This document shows, one piece after another, positions 25,731 to 41,121 of a DNA stretch of 64,000 nt. Position numbers and translations under genes: made by a program. Within the stretch, counting starts at the first letter, position 1. Each line of letters starts with the position of its first letter. The notes under the pieces were generated by a model that made no database searches, was not told the DNA's origin, and worked only from the letters and a program-made list of their open reading frames with translations. The DNA comes from Camelus dromedarius (Eukaryota): positions 33,048,001 to 33,112,000 of the forward strand of contig NC_087447.1 of assembly GCF_036321535.1 (NCBI RefSeq), in the 5' to 3' direction.

Positions 25731-28700
25731 TTCTCCCAGAAACTGAGTATAGTAGAAACACAAGGGGAAGAATAATTCCTACTGGGAAAATTAATCCATC
25801 ATTTGTTCCTGTATCCACTTGACAAACATTTTTGTAATAGCTACTATGTGTTGGATATCAGGAATGCAAAGATAAACTGAATCCATTCTGCAAACTGATG
25901 ATATTAAAAAGAGAGATGTCATGAGGATAACTTCTTTTTTGGAAGGGGAAGTACTTCTGTGGGGCCTTGAAGGATGGATAAGGCGTATATGTTGTGAGAG
26001 AGCCACAATGGCTTTGTTTCAAATCAATTACTAAGGTAGGAACTTCAGAAAGATGGATAAGCCCTGGAAATTATTTTCTAGGAAGAGGAGAGCTATTCTG
26101 TGCCCTTCAAATTCACAGCTTCTGGGGAGACTTTTCTGTGGCTGCCATCCTAAAGCACTGCCTCCCTGACCCCAAAGAGCGGACGGTGCCTACTGGACTA
26201 AGAACACGGATTTCACACTGCCCTATCTCTGTGCGCCAACGTCAGTTCAACTTGATTTATGTTCTGCCTAATTTTATAAGAAACTCTCCATAGCACAAGA
26301 GAAAGAACACGCTGTGCTATATAGAATCCAGTCAAGGTCAGGGAAACAAATGAATATCCTTATAGGCCACAGAGAGGAACAAGAACTCTGAAGTTTTCAG
26401 CTGTTCACAACTGACACACACCCCCATGAATCTGCCAGAATTATTAGTAATTGTCTAGAGATAACAGCTTTCATTTGAAAGCCCCTACCTCCGACCCATT
26501 AGGAGTACATACAATTAGAACTTAAGCAACACATAGAATTTCTGTTGTGAGATTTGGGGAATTTTTATTTTATTAAACTTGGATGGTTAGAGATGAATTC
26601 ATACCAGCATTTTAGGGATGCTTAGAAATCAAATGATCTGATCTCTTGGTTTTACAGCCTATTAAGTACATGACCAGAGAACTAAAGTAAGCTGACCAGG
26701 GCGAGGCCCCGTTACAGTCACCCAACCCACAAACATTTAGTCAGAATAAACCCGTGTTCTAAAAACCCAGGGCTTTACTCTTCAACATCTGTTCTGGCTA
26801 ATGTTTCCTCTGCCTGAAATTCACTTCTCCCTCTGCACCCCTTACTTTCATGGCCATATTTACCTATATTTCAAATGCCCCAAGGAAACATCTAATCCCC
26901 TGAGGGAAATATGAAATATCTTCCTTGACAGTCAGCAGACTGCCTTCCACCTAGTCCGTTTAGCAAGGATGCTACAGAGAGAGGAAGAGAGTGAGACAAA
27001 ATATCTAAAGCAGAAACTCCTACAAATCTTTTATGGCAGTGTGAATTACACCGCTCTGACAAGAAAAAGAAATTTGGTGTATGTATCAAAAGCCACAGAC
27101 TTGTTTCCAAACTTTGAGGCAATAATCCCACTTTGATGAATATGTCCCGAGGAAAAAAAAAATTAAAGCAATGAAACAACAACAAAGCTTTATGTATCAA
27201 GATGATCATGACAGCATTATTTATAAAAAATAAACCCAAGTAACAGTTCTTTACTTCAATAAAAGAATGGTTAAGTAAAATTTGATTCCTACAAGCAGTA
27301 GAATACTATATAATCACTACAGTTATGCTTATGAAGAGTTTGGGCAGTCGCACTGCGTGGCTAAGAACACAAACACCGGTTCCGATCTCGGCTTCCCCGC
27401 TCGCTAGCTGGGTGACGCTGGGCAAGTTTCCACATAGACTGCATACATGTAAATGATGATTACCATCATCAATGTCATTATTTACACTAACCTAGGAAAA
27501 CAAAATGTTTATGCTAGATGGACTATGTTAACAGGAGTGAAGTGCCCTATAGGCAACAGGCAAATCATGATACATGTTATGATCACAATCATAATGACAA
27601 AGTAAGCCATCATTACATCAAGATAATAACTTGTGTGCCCACCCCAGCCTTGATGCTTATGAAATGTTTATGAAATGTTTTCATTCTCACCTGAGGGCTC
27701 ACCCCTTTCTTTGCCCTCCCCAGCTCTCTACCTGTCAGACGAAGTGATTCCCATAACCAGAAACTCCAACCAGTAGAGGTAGACATGCAGGCATCTCCAG
27801 TGAGGACCAGGTACCAGCACTTTCCCTGAAAAAGATCTAGCAAGAATACCACTCACCAGTATCCTGAGACTTTCCCCAGCTCACACCTAACCCATCTTCC
27901 AGGGGAGCGACTCCATTCAGTGATCTAGTAAATGCTCTAGTCCCCAGACCTAGAGAGAGGAGCCCTGGACACCTTAGAGATGCACTAGGAGTGGGCACAC
28001 GTGACTATGGTGAGACTAGATGAAGTCAGCTTGAGATTTCTCACCAAGACAGGGCAGAAGTAGACCATGCCATCCCTTTGTCTGGACCGCCACCATAATT
28101 GTGACACTCAACACAGAAAAAAAGATTGGAAGGAAGCAGTGATCATCCCTAAATAGTGACATTATGAGTGATTTTTCTTATTCCTTTTACTCTTCCATGT
28201 TTTCAAAGATTGTTTCACTGGACACCTTTTCATCTCCATAATGGAGAAAAAATCAACTTTTTAAATGTATGAAAGAAATGAATCTTCAAGTGTCTGCAGG
28301 AATTTTAGGTGGCATGATGTCAAATAAAAGTCATGACTTGATATTTTTTTCATGTTAGAAATGTTACAGAAGAACTCCCTAGGGTATCAGCAGGATTTAA
28401 AAATCAGGGATTTAACTGCGGGAAGAGAGAGGATTAGAACTGCAGATGACACAAAAAGAAGAGAAAGCTGGCATATTGAGGGTACTGCTAAAAGCCAACA
28501 TATTTTTGACAAACTCATGCTCAGAAAATGTCCCAAATACATACTGAGAAACATTAAACCCTTTAAAACAAGACGCAAACTTAATACATCCATATGGTAA
28601 GAGTGTAAGATAATGGTTGAAAAGTCATTGTACTTTTGCAACATAGCATTTCCTTTTAAACCTCTCTGTAGGACCCCCCCCAAAAAAAAGATTAAAAAAG

Positions 28701-31700
28701 AAAAAAAAGACACGCAGAGTAATTCCTTTAACTGCCTCAATGGCCAAAAGTTTAAAAACTCTGCAATATGTTTAAAGTTAAAAACAAAACAAAACAAACA
28801 AAAAGAAACAAACAAACAAACAAACAAAATGCCACCAAATATCCTAGGGGGAAATACTGTTTATTAGGTCCAACTTTGAGAGTGACTAACTGTGGAGAAA
28901 CAATGCAAAGGTTCTAAATATTTTTCCCAAAAGTGGCAAACATTTAGAGAGGATGTCCCAGACCTTTGCAAATCTCTAAGATTTATAAATTTTTTTAACA
29001 ACATAATTAAGCTCTCCCAAGGCAATGGCATCTGAGAAAATTCAGGGGCTTCTATCAGACCCCCTGCAAATACCAAATTAAATACTGTCACGTAGAGAGA
29101 CAGAGCCCGGCTTGTCTGTTACGTCCAGCTCTTCACCAAGTTCTGTCAGTTCTTCGACCTGAACACGTCCTGAGTCTGGAGACTCCTCTCCACCATCATT
29201 GCCTCTTGACTAGACTAAGTCACCACTACATGTGGCCTGGGTCACTGAGCAAGATCATGTGGCTCGGAGTGTGGATTCTGCTTCCCATCTCAGCTTCACT
29301 GCTTACTAGTCGTGTGACATTTGGTAACTCCCTTTTTGAATAAAGAATAAAACGTGTCTCTTATCCGTTCCTGGCTTTTCCACCTGTCACGTTTGCACTG
29401 CACGCAGGCTATCTCAACGCTGGTTAAGAGCACCCTTGATGCATCTACTGCAACCTTCCTCCGAGCCACTCATCCACCAGTCCGGAAGCCTTCCACATCT
29501 AAATACAAAACGTCACCTCCCTTTCCTAACCGCTTTGGTGGCTTCCCACAGCGTGAAGGGTGAAGGTTCATTTTTACTCTTCCAAGGTCCTCACCCCCTC
29601 CTCTGCTTTCATCTCACGTCACCTCCCCTGCTGCCTGTGCTCCTGTTATGCTGAGCCTTCCTGCATTTCCTCCAACTTTGGCTCCGTGAGGGCAGGGACC
29701 ACATCTGGCTTTGCTCATCACTTTATTTCAGCACCCTGCCAAGCACCTGGAAAATGCTGCTCTTGACAGTAACAGCTCACCTTTGCGGAGGTCTTACTGT
29801 GCCTGGATAGGGTTCCCGAGTGCTTCATTTATATCATCTTATCACAACTCTATGGCATCAATACTATTACTATCCACATTCCACAGATGGAGAGCTAGGG
29901 TTGACAAAGCCAAAGAACCTGCTCAAGGCTGCAGAGTTAGTAAGTGACAATGAGGACTGGAACCTGGGAAAGAAGACTCTGGAGTGTGTGCTCTCAGCCA
30001 CTATCAGAGATGCTCCATCAACATTAGTTAAATGACTAACTGATTAACTGTTTCCAGGGTACCTAATGACTTGATTCCCAAATGTAAAAGATCCAAATAA
30101 GTGCATCAGCAAAATTGAGACTTATCACACATTCATGGCCTCTGGAGTTGTCTGGAAAGAGGGTTAAAGTCATGAACACAGAATTCTTATTAGAGAGGAC
30201 CTGAGGTCATCTCTCTCACAGAAGATTCGATGGGTCACATTTACTGTGTTTTTGGTTTTTTTTTAATCTCTTTCACTGACGTTGATGCTTCTTAGAAGAA
30301 GCATCTCATTCACTTTCGTGAATCCTGAATGACAGCTGACACTGGGCTTGTCCCATGGTAAGTGCTCAGAGACAGGTGGTCAGGTTGCCAGCTTCCATTA
30401 CCAGGGGACATCTTAAGAATCTGAATTTTTAAAAGGAATCTGAAGAACCTAGCAAAGTCTTGAGAACTGGCTGACAGATCATCTAACTGGAAAAAGAATC
30501 ACATTGGTGCAGGAGCATGAATGGTTTCAGGCTTCCTCTTCATGGAGAAGGGGAGGTGTGGAGGAAGACCCCAAATATAAAGGGTGATTTATAAGGAGGA
30601 AGGACGTCCTCTGATCTCCATCCCCTCTGAGATGTAAGAAACAGAAAACGGCTCTCAATTAAATGCGGTGATATTTGGATTTTTAAAAATGGCAGTGCCA
30701 GACCTCATATTTTGATGAACTATAAAACATTTCCCTTATCCATCCCTGTCCGTATCAGCACTGCACGTGACAGTGTGGCTCGCTGAGACGATTCCGTGCC
30801 CTGGGTGGAGAGCATCGGCTTGCACGTTGCTCAGCCATTATCCGCCTTCTCACCTTTGCCACTCCAAGGAGACTTTACTTCAGTCTTCCTATGCTTCTGT
30901 GTCCTATCTTGTGAAAACAGAATTCTCATCGAATTGAAAAGAGAATGAGAGCAAGTCAAGTATGAGCCCAGTGACTGGCCTATAATTAAGGCTTGATTAA
31001 TGGTAGCTGCTATTATTTTTATCATGACCAGTATTATCATTTAATTATTTTTCTGGGGGAGTTAGTATATTTGAGAGGGTATGCATTGACATCAAGCTGC
31101 AGAAAGGCATCATTCCACAAAGAAAAAGAGACCCAAAAAACAAACAAACAAACAAAAAAAAGAACTACCATATAAAAGAAAGCATCCTTTCTATAAAAGC
31201 CATTCCACATTGGAATAGTATACTGCCAGGCAGAAGCAAAGAATATGGACTCTCCAGTCAGACTAGAGTCTCCAGCAGAGACTGGCTTAAGCCAAGCTCT
31301 AACCCTTATAGCTGTGTGGGCAGAACAAGTCACTTCACCTTCCTGCAGCTTAGTTTATTCATCTATAAAAGAGGGTAATAACGGTTAGCACCTACCAAAT
31401 ATGTAATGTAAATGTTATTATTTCCTTAGGAATCAGAGGAGGTTATTCAACCTCTTTTTATGCAAAAACTTTAGGACAAGCCAATCATGCAGGGTACATT
31501 TAGAATGCTTCGGGGATAACGCCAATTCTTGCACTGAAAGTTAATCTAGGTAATTATAGCCATGATCTATTTTAGGGAATCTTAAAACAGAATGCTAGCT
31601 ACATAGAGACATGTTTTTAATACTGTGCAAAAGAGGATTAAGAATATGTACTTGATTTTATGCTCATATACCACAAAAATAAAATCAGTTCCTAGAATGT

Positions 31701-34700
31701 GTATGCCCTCAAACCCCCAAATAGACATACACAAACCTAAAGGAGAACTGGGCAAAACAATGTCCATCTTTTCCCAGGCACACTTTTGTAAAAAGGTAAT
31801 TAAAACCTGCCTATCAATACAGGCTAACAAAATAAACTTAAAGAAACATATTCCCTGTGGATTTGCACTGCCTCTGTGCTCCAATATAATTTTATCACAT
31901 TTAGTTTACAAAAATTGACTAAAGAGATATTTAGTATATTGCTCTGCAATGCAACATTTAATTTTATAGCATAGATAATGCATTTCTTTCTACAAGTGTA
32001 TCAGTTTCTTGATAGCACCAATAAGCTGCTTCAGTCATTAAACACCATATGAGGAACGAGTGAAGCTACAGATTTCGTTACTGAAACACACAGATTAATT
32101 TTCAGCTTATGAAGCCACTACATGGGTTACTGGTCTGCAGTCCATATACTTAAGTGGGAAAAGAAAGCTCAGCCCACTTGAATGACAGATTGTACACACA
32201 TTAAAACTTTGGATGGATTCTCAGCACCCATTGGATACAGATGAAGATGCCTAAGATGCACTCAGCACTCTGCGGGATCTAAGCCCATGAACATCGTCAG
32301 CATCCTCCCCTTCCACTCCAACAGTCAAAGTCCTCCCTGCCTCTGAACCTGCACACAGGCTGTAACACTACTGCCTGCTTGGTCACCACCCTTCCAAATC
32401 TACCCTATGGGATTTAAAAAAAAAAAAGAAAAACAGCGAATTCCTATACATCCTTCCTAGTTCAGCCTATGCTGATCTCCCCACGATCACCTTTGTGGAC
32501 CCCGAAACTAGGTCAAGTTTATAGTCATGCACCCTAGTGGACCCTCTGATACTTCCCAGCATACATCACAACTGTCACTAACTAATTCCTTAAATTGATC
32601 TATGTCTTTCCAGGAGATTACAAAGACTGAGAGGACAGGCACATGTCTGTTTTGGATTTGCTTTGGATCCTTTGCCTATGACAATGTCCGACACACAGTA
32701 GCCACTCAGTGACTATTTGCCAAGTGAAGTTTATATTATTCTTGACACAACACAAAACGTGCATTTATTATTGTCATCATCAGCCTGCCTAGACGCCAGC
32801 TTACAGGGGGAGGGAACCCTGGTATTACTGATTACAGTGTGTGTAAAAGAAAGTGCACATACTTAAGGCCAGAGAGATCTGGCTTCAACCACCTGCTCGG
32901 CTTCTTACTAGTTTTATATACCTCGAACACAAACAGCTCCTCTGAACCTCCCTTTTCTCATGTATTAAATTAGATTTAATACTACTTTTCCCATGCAGTT
33001 TTTGTAAAGCTGAAAATTGCATATAATGCATTTATCACAGCCCCGTATCTATGACAAACATTAAATAGAAACGCCTTTACTAAGATTAAATGCAGCTCCT
33101 CTCCCTAGCCTGTCTAATATAAACTACATCATTGAGACCAGAAACAACATGAGAACAATGATTGGAATGAAAAGGAGGTGGTTCTTTACCATGAAAGATT
33201 AAAAATAACTTCCATTTCCTAAAAGTTCCCATCGACTCACCCAATTAGGAAGAGCACAAAATGAATTTTGTGACAAAGTGTTTGTTTTCAAATCAGTTCC
33301 TCTCTTGTCACCGAGGTGGAATTGGAGTAAGGAAGCGCAGGAAGGAAGGTCAAACATTTCAAAGGTCATCGTAAGAAAAGATAAAAAGTGTTACTGACTT
33401 TCAGAAAGTATACATTGAAAGTGCTCTTTAGGCTTTAAGGGACAGTATAGGGTGAGAGAGCTTTGGAATTTGACCTATAATCACAAATTGGTTGTACCAA
33501 GTGTTTGTTATGTGACCTTGAGAATGTTACCTTAAGTTTCTAGGTCAATAAAATAGGGATAATTGCACTCGCTCCAAAGAACTGACTGAAATCAAAGTGT
33601 GTACATGCCAAGCACTTAACAAGGTGTGTGGCTCATGGTCCATGTTCTGAAAAACAGGGCCTCCTTGGGCTCACCTGACAGTTAACCTGACCTAAGAACT
33701 TTGCTTTCTTCAAGGCATGTTAGAGCCTGCTTGCTCATACAGCTCTTTTCCTTTTGATGAAATCCCTATAATGTGGTATCTACCCCATGGGAGGATCAAA
33801 AGAAACATGTCTGACATACAGCACCTAAGCGGTTGGAGGAGGAAATTAAACCATTTACTGTGTGCATAATTAGGAACAGTGTCAGAGGCTTATGATGTTA
33901 TCACAAGATTGTGTCATAAGAAAACGGTTTCCCGCTGTGAGACAGACTTCAAAGTAAAGTTGAAGAACTGGTAGTGAGTTGGGGAGGAGGGAGAGAAAAG
34001 GAAAAGAGGATTTTAGAGACATGTAATAAAAAATAATCTCTTGGTGTTCTCGTCTTCCTAGAATACACGGTAATCTTGGCAACAGAGTCAGATGCTCTCT
34101 GGTAAGAGAATGAGACATCTGTCGACCGTTCCTAACAGAGACAGTTCACGCTGCTCCATCACATTTCCACACCTCTCAACTCTTTCGACATATTCCTTCA
34201 AAATCTAATGAAGAAATGCAGGGTCTTCCAGGACACAGGTCCCCTGGAAGACCTACTAGAAGCTTTCTCAGAGGGAGAGTTTAGGGAGGCTTAATTTGCC
34301 CTCATTCTCAGCAGTTTTTTTTCTTGGCATCTTAGCTCAGAAGCTCAGTTCTTGAATCTGGTTGGCTTCCTTTAACAGGGTGTTGATGCTACGTTCACCA
34401 ACAGTGCTATCCTTGATAACACCCTGCCGTGATGCACCATGGTCGCCTTTACGTGCAGAATCTCCTCCAAGCTTTACAGCAATCTCAGAAGTATTTACTG
34501 TTTTATCCTCATTTTATGGATGAAAACACTGAGACTGAGCAACTGAGGAACTTGCTCCAGGTCCCTCAGTAGTAAGTGACAAAGCCAAGGTTCCCACGGG
34601 AGCCGTGTGATTCTCCACAGCCCAGGCTCTTTCCACCTGTGTTTCGTAATGCTACGCATCTGCTTTCACACAAACTTTGTATGTTTAGTTTGGCTCTTAT

Positions 34701-37700
34701 CCAGGACAAATAGTCCTGAATCCTTCTGAGGTGAAAAGAAGAAGAGAGAATCATACCCACTTAATAATTTAAAAAAATTAATTCTGAATACTAGGTTTAC
34801 TTGTTTCTGTCACTGACCAAATACAAATTGAGCTTGGGTTCACTTGACCACCTGAGCCAGCGAGGCTGGTGACCTGCGGTTCAATCTGCGTGTTTAAAGC
34901 AGTGGTTCAGATGGACCTCTCTTTTGAGAGAACATAAAAGGTTTCTGGCTTTTAGCTGGGAGCTCCATCTCGGGGATTGTATCACCACATTTCATCCTGG
35001 TATAGATCACAGAGCCGGTGTTTCTGTCCTGGTCTGCTTTTTGAGGGATGTAGTTATATTTCTGCCCTACTGCTGTAGCTGGACGTTCAGAGCAGACTGC
35101 CTAGAAAGGAATCACGGCTGCCTGAGTTCAAAACAACTATATAGTTATCGTGAGCCATTGCTCTTTGTGTGCATGCATGCGTGTGTGCGTGTGTGTTTGT
35201 AAATATGTATGTATGTGTGTTTGGGAATGGGTGCAGTTTTTTAAAAGGAGAAAAATAACTCCTTTTTTTCCCCTGTTTTCCTGTTATCTGAATTTATTTT
35301 GTCTTATGAAAACACACACAGTATGTATGTATTGGGAGCTAGCCACAAATGGGTTAAATGGAACATCTCCATCCATAGCAGATCAGGTGTGAATCTATTA
35401 AAACTACATGGTACTAACATCTTTTACATTCTAATTAGCCAAAGATCTGTCAATGTCAACAGCCACGACACCTGGTGGGAGAAAACGCGGTCTACTGATG
35501 CAGGGTCACCAAGGCAAATTCTAGCAGAGCAATAATGCAGTCAGAGGATTCAATTTTAGAGCAAATATTCAAAGAAAAACATAAATAAATTGCATAGTTG
35601 AATAGGAAATCATGGGGATAAATACACTGTTAACTCAACACCCTAATTCTTCATAGAACAAACTTACAGTTAAAGAATCTAATTTCCATTCATGGCATAA
35701 GAAAAGATTAAAAGAACTCAGACCCCTTTTGTGCCCTTTTGTGACACCCTGGCTTCTACTGTCCTTAAACATTATTATATCTCAGGATCCTGATGGCAAA
35801 TTTGGGAGGTATCACTGCTGATTTAAAAATTTAAAAAAAACAAAACTTCCACAAAATCAGATGGGGAAAAAAATTATTCCCCTCCTTCACCTCAAGTAAA
35901 ATAACCTTGCATTCATAATTTCAGATACTTTCCTATAATCTCCTTATCTCTGGATCTGGCATGAATCCAACTGCAGGGTACAACCTATGATAAATGAGGG
36001 AACGAGCTTTCTCATTTATTAAATGAAGTCGATGAGAGTTTCATCTTGTGAAGGGTCACTGAAAGGAGAGAATCGAGGCTGTTAATTTCAAGGGGAAGAT
36101 TGCTTTCAAAACGTCCAACTCGAAAGAAGATAAAAACATTGACATACTGCAATTAGCGCAGAGGCTCCTGGTGCACATGGAGAAACAGATGCTTCCTGAA
36201 CTTTCTGTCATCATCATTATTATACTTTGGAAAGAATCAGAAAGGAGGTGTGTGTCTAGCCCATGAGTAAGTCATGCACTAGTTGAAGCAGTTTACACTT
36301 TGATTTTCAGCTCTGCTTCCAAACATGATTTATTGGCTGCACATTTATTCCACCAGATGTTTCACCAAATTGATCTACTTGTATGGATGAAATGACCCAT
36401 CGTATCAGAAGATCAGCCAACTGCTCCAATGGGTTGATTAATTGTTTCAAGTTATATTGACAATTTGGCTTGACCCAAAGACTTGGCCTTTGCAGATGCA
36501 GAATTGAGTGTCATATCCAAATAAAAACAAATAAAAAAAAATAGGCTCCAGTAGATAAAAGGTACAAGGACATAGGCAGACAATTCAGAGGAATAAAAGC
36601 AATTAGCTAGTCAAAATAATTTCAACCTCATTAGTCATTAAAAAAAAAAAACATTAACAAGTACCAGTTTTCACTAGCCCAATTAGCAGACAGAACTGAT
36701 GCAAAAATAATTCATATCCTTTGACCCAGTAATTCCGCTGTGAGTATGGTCCCATCAGAGAACAATCAATATGGAAAAAAAATGTGCACTAAGATGTTCA
36801 TTGGAGTGTTAGTTACGATGGTGAAAATTTGGAAACTGAAATGTCTAAAAGCCTGTGAAAGGTTAAGAAGATTACTGCCAATTCTCACAATAGAAAAATA
36901 TGAAGCTGTTTTCTTAAAATGATGCTCATAAAATGTTCTGGGAAGCATAAAATATATCTAAAATCTATACCATCTAGACCATGCAGTGGATACGGCCTCT
37001 GATCACCACGTGGCACTGTAGCATGCGTCTTCCGGCCAGCTGTTTATCATATTCTCTTCATATCTCTTGGAAATGTCCTTTTGATAAACACATTGCTGCA
37101 TTTTACTTGCTAGAATGGCAATTATGATTAATTTGGATGCACGTATGCTTGTCACCCATCAGGCATCAAATGATGCTCTAAGTACCCCTAGAATCTTCTC
37201 CAGTCTTTTACAGGGTAACAATCCTTTAAATAGCAGATTTTTTTTTAATGCTAAGTGAAATTTCAAATTCAATTGCCATCAATAAGGAATAACACACCTG
37301 CGTCTGCACATTTTTCACATGGAGCTCAGAGCGTATCATTTCTTATTTCCTTGCTGGCTCCTGTCACTTTCAAGGAAAGAATGACCACACAACTGAGAAG
37401 AAAGTGAAATGGTACTTCCAAATGCAATTAAGCTTCAGGGTTTATCTCTACGAGCCAACGACTACACCCTGGGAATTCTGGTGTCCTAGTAAGTCTTGGT
37501 GATCAAAGTGGCTTTCTATCCCCTAACAAGTAACATCTGGACTCTCCTGTGTGGCCCTGAAGACCCTCTCCAACGTGCATCCTACACACAGATCCAGCTT
37601 CTTCCCACATTGCTTCCTCCCATCAGTGAAATTCCTTAAAAGACTGAGATACCCAATGTCTTACTGTCCCTTCTTACACCATATTCTTCGTCCTGGTGTG

Positions 37701-39230
37701 CCTCTTCCTATCGTCTACCTTTATATTCTTTAAAAAAAAGGACATCATATACTTATTGGGGGCCATCCTGTGTGCTAGGAAGTTTTGGAGGCATTTGGGA
37801 TACATCTTTAAGCGAAACAGACCAAGATCCCTGCCCTCACTAGAGTTTGCATCTTGGAGCAGGGAAGACAGACAACAAACGTGTAGAGTACGTAGAGGAG
37901 ATAGAATATTAGAAGGTGAAAACCCTAAGTACAAAAAGTTAATAAGCAGAGCAGGATAAGGGAGGGCAGAAGTGCAGAAGATACAAGCAAGCTGGGAAGA
38001 AGATGCAGGCTCTAAAAAGTATAAAAATTATGGGCTGCAAATGTCTGTGCTTTAGAGGAGAGAGTCCAGTTTTTTCAGGCAAGAGAATTTGATTTGTTCT
38101 AGATCACACAGCTAGTTAGTTCAGCCCTAAGGACTAGAACTCAAGTATCCTAAGGGCCATTCCAGTGGTCTTCCCATTAGAAGCTCTTGCCACGTCTGTG
38201 TTACGTAGGGGTAAAAGGAATGGGTTTGGGAATAAGAAGGTCCCAGATTCAAGCCTTGGCTCTCTTTTTTTGGGCAAGTTACTTAAGTCCATTACCTAAG
38301 CCTTTCTTACCTAGAAAAATGAAGATAATTACAGTACCTACATCACAGACATGTACAAAGTTATAAGGAGTGTCTGAAACCTTGTAAGCACATGTCAAAT
38401 GGTATTGCAGCTTTTTGTTTGTTTTTAAATCTCATTAGAATTCCAAACACCTATACCATAACAATGAACAGTAGGTGCCAGCTTAGATGTTAACATTAAA
38501 TGAGCATCTATTATATGTAAAAGTTGATATTGCTCAAAGATGTGTCATACATGTGATGAGTAGATTGTAACTTTTCATGTCAGTGGCTTTTTTTGTGTTG
38601 TTGCTTTTTATAGGAAGTAGACTCTTAGAAGGTTTCAATGGAAAAAAGAAAAAAATCAATACTCCTTCTACCTAAACCAGTCAGAGATCAAAGCTGGAGG
38701 TCATGGTAGCAGATGAAATTCTCCTCCTTCAAACACTGAATTGAGAAAAACTGACTTCTCACAATGCTGTCTAATTTTCTGGAAGGATAAGAGCTTCAGT
38801 TTCTCCTCTGATATAGAAAATCATAGCAATCAGGAGAAAGGTATATTTTTATAAGAAGAGCATCTTTCTGAAATTTATCCAGGCCTCCAATAAGAGCAAT
38901 TTGAAATGTATCTTAAAGTATAGATTCCATCCACAGTCATCTGTATTTTCTCAGGTGCTCTCTGACAGCACAGTATGTATTTTCTTCTAGACTCTAATCT
39001 AATCACCTTGAGGAAAGAACCCATGTCTTATCCAGTGCTTCCTCTACTCTCAGTTCTTAGCACACTGTTTCACTAACAGTAGGAACCCAATAAATGTTTA
39101 GCTAACACATGGATTAATACATATCTGGCTTCTTAGCTTATCCTTAGTAACTTAGAAGAGTTCTGATGTGCCACAAAAGAGGAAAGAGTTCACGTACGTT
39201 TCTGCATAAAGGCAGAAGCTAGGATAACCG

Positions 39231-39729
39231 TGTCACAGATATCGGTGGATCTCAGTGAACCCATCTCCCATGTAGAACCTCTTTTCACGTTAATTTTGGG
39301 CTTGGCTGCATGACGTGCTCTGAAGTAATGCCATCACCAAGTATCACATGCAAGCAGAGCTCGGTAAGCACTTGCACACGCAGGTGGACTTGTCTTTCTG
39401 GAATGCTCCCTATTGGAGCCCATCCACCATACAGTAAGAAAGCCAGTCCAGCCTAACAGTGGCTGAGATGTCACATGAGGGAAAACAGAGGTGCCCCAGC
39501 TGACTGGCATCCCCTGCCAGCCACGAGAATGAGATGATCTTGGATGTTCCAGGGCTCTGCTGAGCTTCCATCTGCTTGTAGCCTCGCGTAAAATCCCAGC
39601 CAACACCACATGGAGCAGAAGAACCACTCGTTGAGCCCAGCCAACCCCTGATCAGGAGGAATAATCATTGCTATTCTAAACCACCACACTTTGGGTTGTT
39701 GGATGTGCAGTAATAGTTCATGGAAACAT
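39231..39729 (+). mobile_element. Old MaLR LTR (MLT1G/H-like)
   Basis: Motifs 'ccacatggagcagaagaaccac...gagcccagccaacc' and 'ctaaaccaccacactttggg', ending 'ggaaaca'. Confidence 0.75.
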
Positions 39730-40119
39730 AAATAAGAAGATCACACACTTTAGAGCTGGACAAGCCTGGGTCCTGGACTCCTTTTCTGCCACTTACCAGT
39801 TTTGAGACCTCTCGGCTCATCACAGAACCTATTACTATCTTAGTTTCCTCATCTATAGAGTGGATAAAGACCTCACAGAACTGCTGTGAGGATCAGATGA
39901 AGCGATGCCACATCTAGCAAGCACCCCCAGACAGTTAGGTGTCACTGTGATCATTGCTGAGGTAACAGAAATGGCACGGACTTCATTCCTTGGTAGTGTT
40001 ATAGACGCAAGCCTCATCTGACAGTTCCACCTGAGCTGTGTATCAGCCACTTTGTCTCTCCTTCTCCTTAGCCTCTGCCAGAGTCACACGTTAAGAAATG
40101 TATTAGAAGAGTAAATGGA

Positions 40120-40740
40120 AAAGCCTCCTTTTCAGACTAGTCTCCTGCCCTCCCTCCTGGACTCCACTCTCACTCATCCACTCAGCAGCCAAACTGACCT
40201 GTCCAAAGTCCTAAGCCATCTCCCATCACTCTCCAGTTTTAAACCTACCTGTGGTCTAGCACTGAAACTTGAATGGATCCCAAAGCCCTTCCTCTGGCCC
40301 AGATCCTAGCTGACCCATCACAGCATCCCTCGCTCATTGCCTGGCCCTCCTCTTTCCCCTCTGCAACGTCCTCTCCAGCAAGACCAGCCATCTTCCATCT
40401 TCAAACACCCAGAGCTCATCCTGACTCAGGGCTTTGCTTTTGCTGTTTCTGCTCCTTGGACTAGATAGATGTTCACGTGTCTCCCAGGCATCATTCAGAG
40501 ATCAACTCAGACACCACCTCAGAGAAACCTTCCCAGACTAATTTAAGCAAGCCATACCTCTCTCAGTCCTCCTATCACCATGTTTTGTTTTGTTTTCTTT
40601 CTTCTTCCCTTAGAACTTGATAAAATATTCATCATTCGTGTGTTTGCAAGCTCACTGCCCATTTTCCCTCCTGGAAAATGAAAGTCATATGATACCAGGG
40701 TTTCTGCCCTGTTCATTCTTTTAGCCCTTTTACCTAGAGC
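40120..40740 (+). mobile_element. L2 LINE 3' fragment
   Basis: Pyrimidine-rich L2 motifs ('tcagggctttgc', 'cacctcagagaaaccttcccagac'). Confidence 0.7.
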
Positions 40741-41022
40741 CAGGGTTCACTGACTATGGCCCACGGGCATATTTTTCTTTGGCACATGACCAAAGGATGG
40801 CTTTTGACATTTTTTTAATGGCTGAAAAATGTCAAAAGAAAATCACTATGACATGACATGGGGAAATTATGTGAAGTTTAAATTGCAGTGTCCATAATTA
40901 AAGTCTTACTAGAACACAGCCACATTTATTGTCAATGGCTCCCATTGCTTAAAAATGACAGAACTGAATAGCTGCAAAGCAACAGACATCACATGGTCCA
41001 CAAAGCCTAAAATATTTACTAT

Positions 41023-41070
<48 letters not shown>

Positions 41071-41078
41071 TGACCCTG
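40741..41078 (+). mobile_element. MER58B-like hAT-Charlie element with internal (CA)n
   Basis: Termini cagggttca.../...ctgaccctg, internal 'cacaaagcctaaaatatttactatct', and cctaga-containing flanks on both sides. Confidence 0.8.
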
Positions 41079-41121
41079 GCCTAGATCACACACACATGTG
41101 CGCGCACACACACACACACAC
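41025..41121. repeat. (CA)n microsatellite, compound
   Basis: About 21 perfect CA units at 41025-41067 followed by a second, interrupted CA tract. Confidence 0.95.

Noticed and set aside
28352..28867. Overlapping 82-146 aa ORFs, and the other short ORFs in the track
   Set aside because: Low-complexity or repeat-derived translations with no recognisable domain or splice support.
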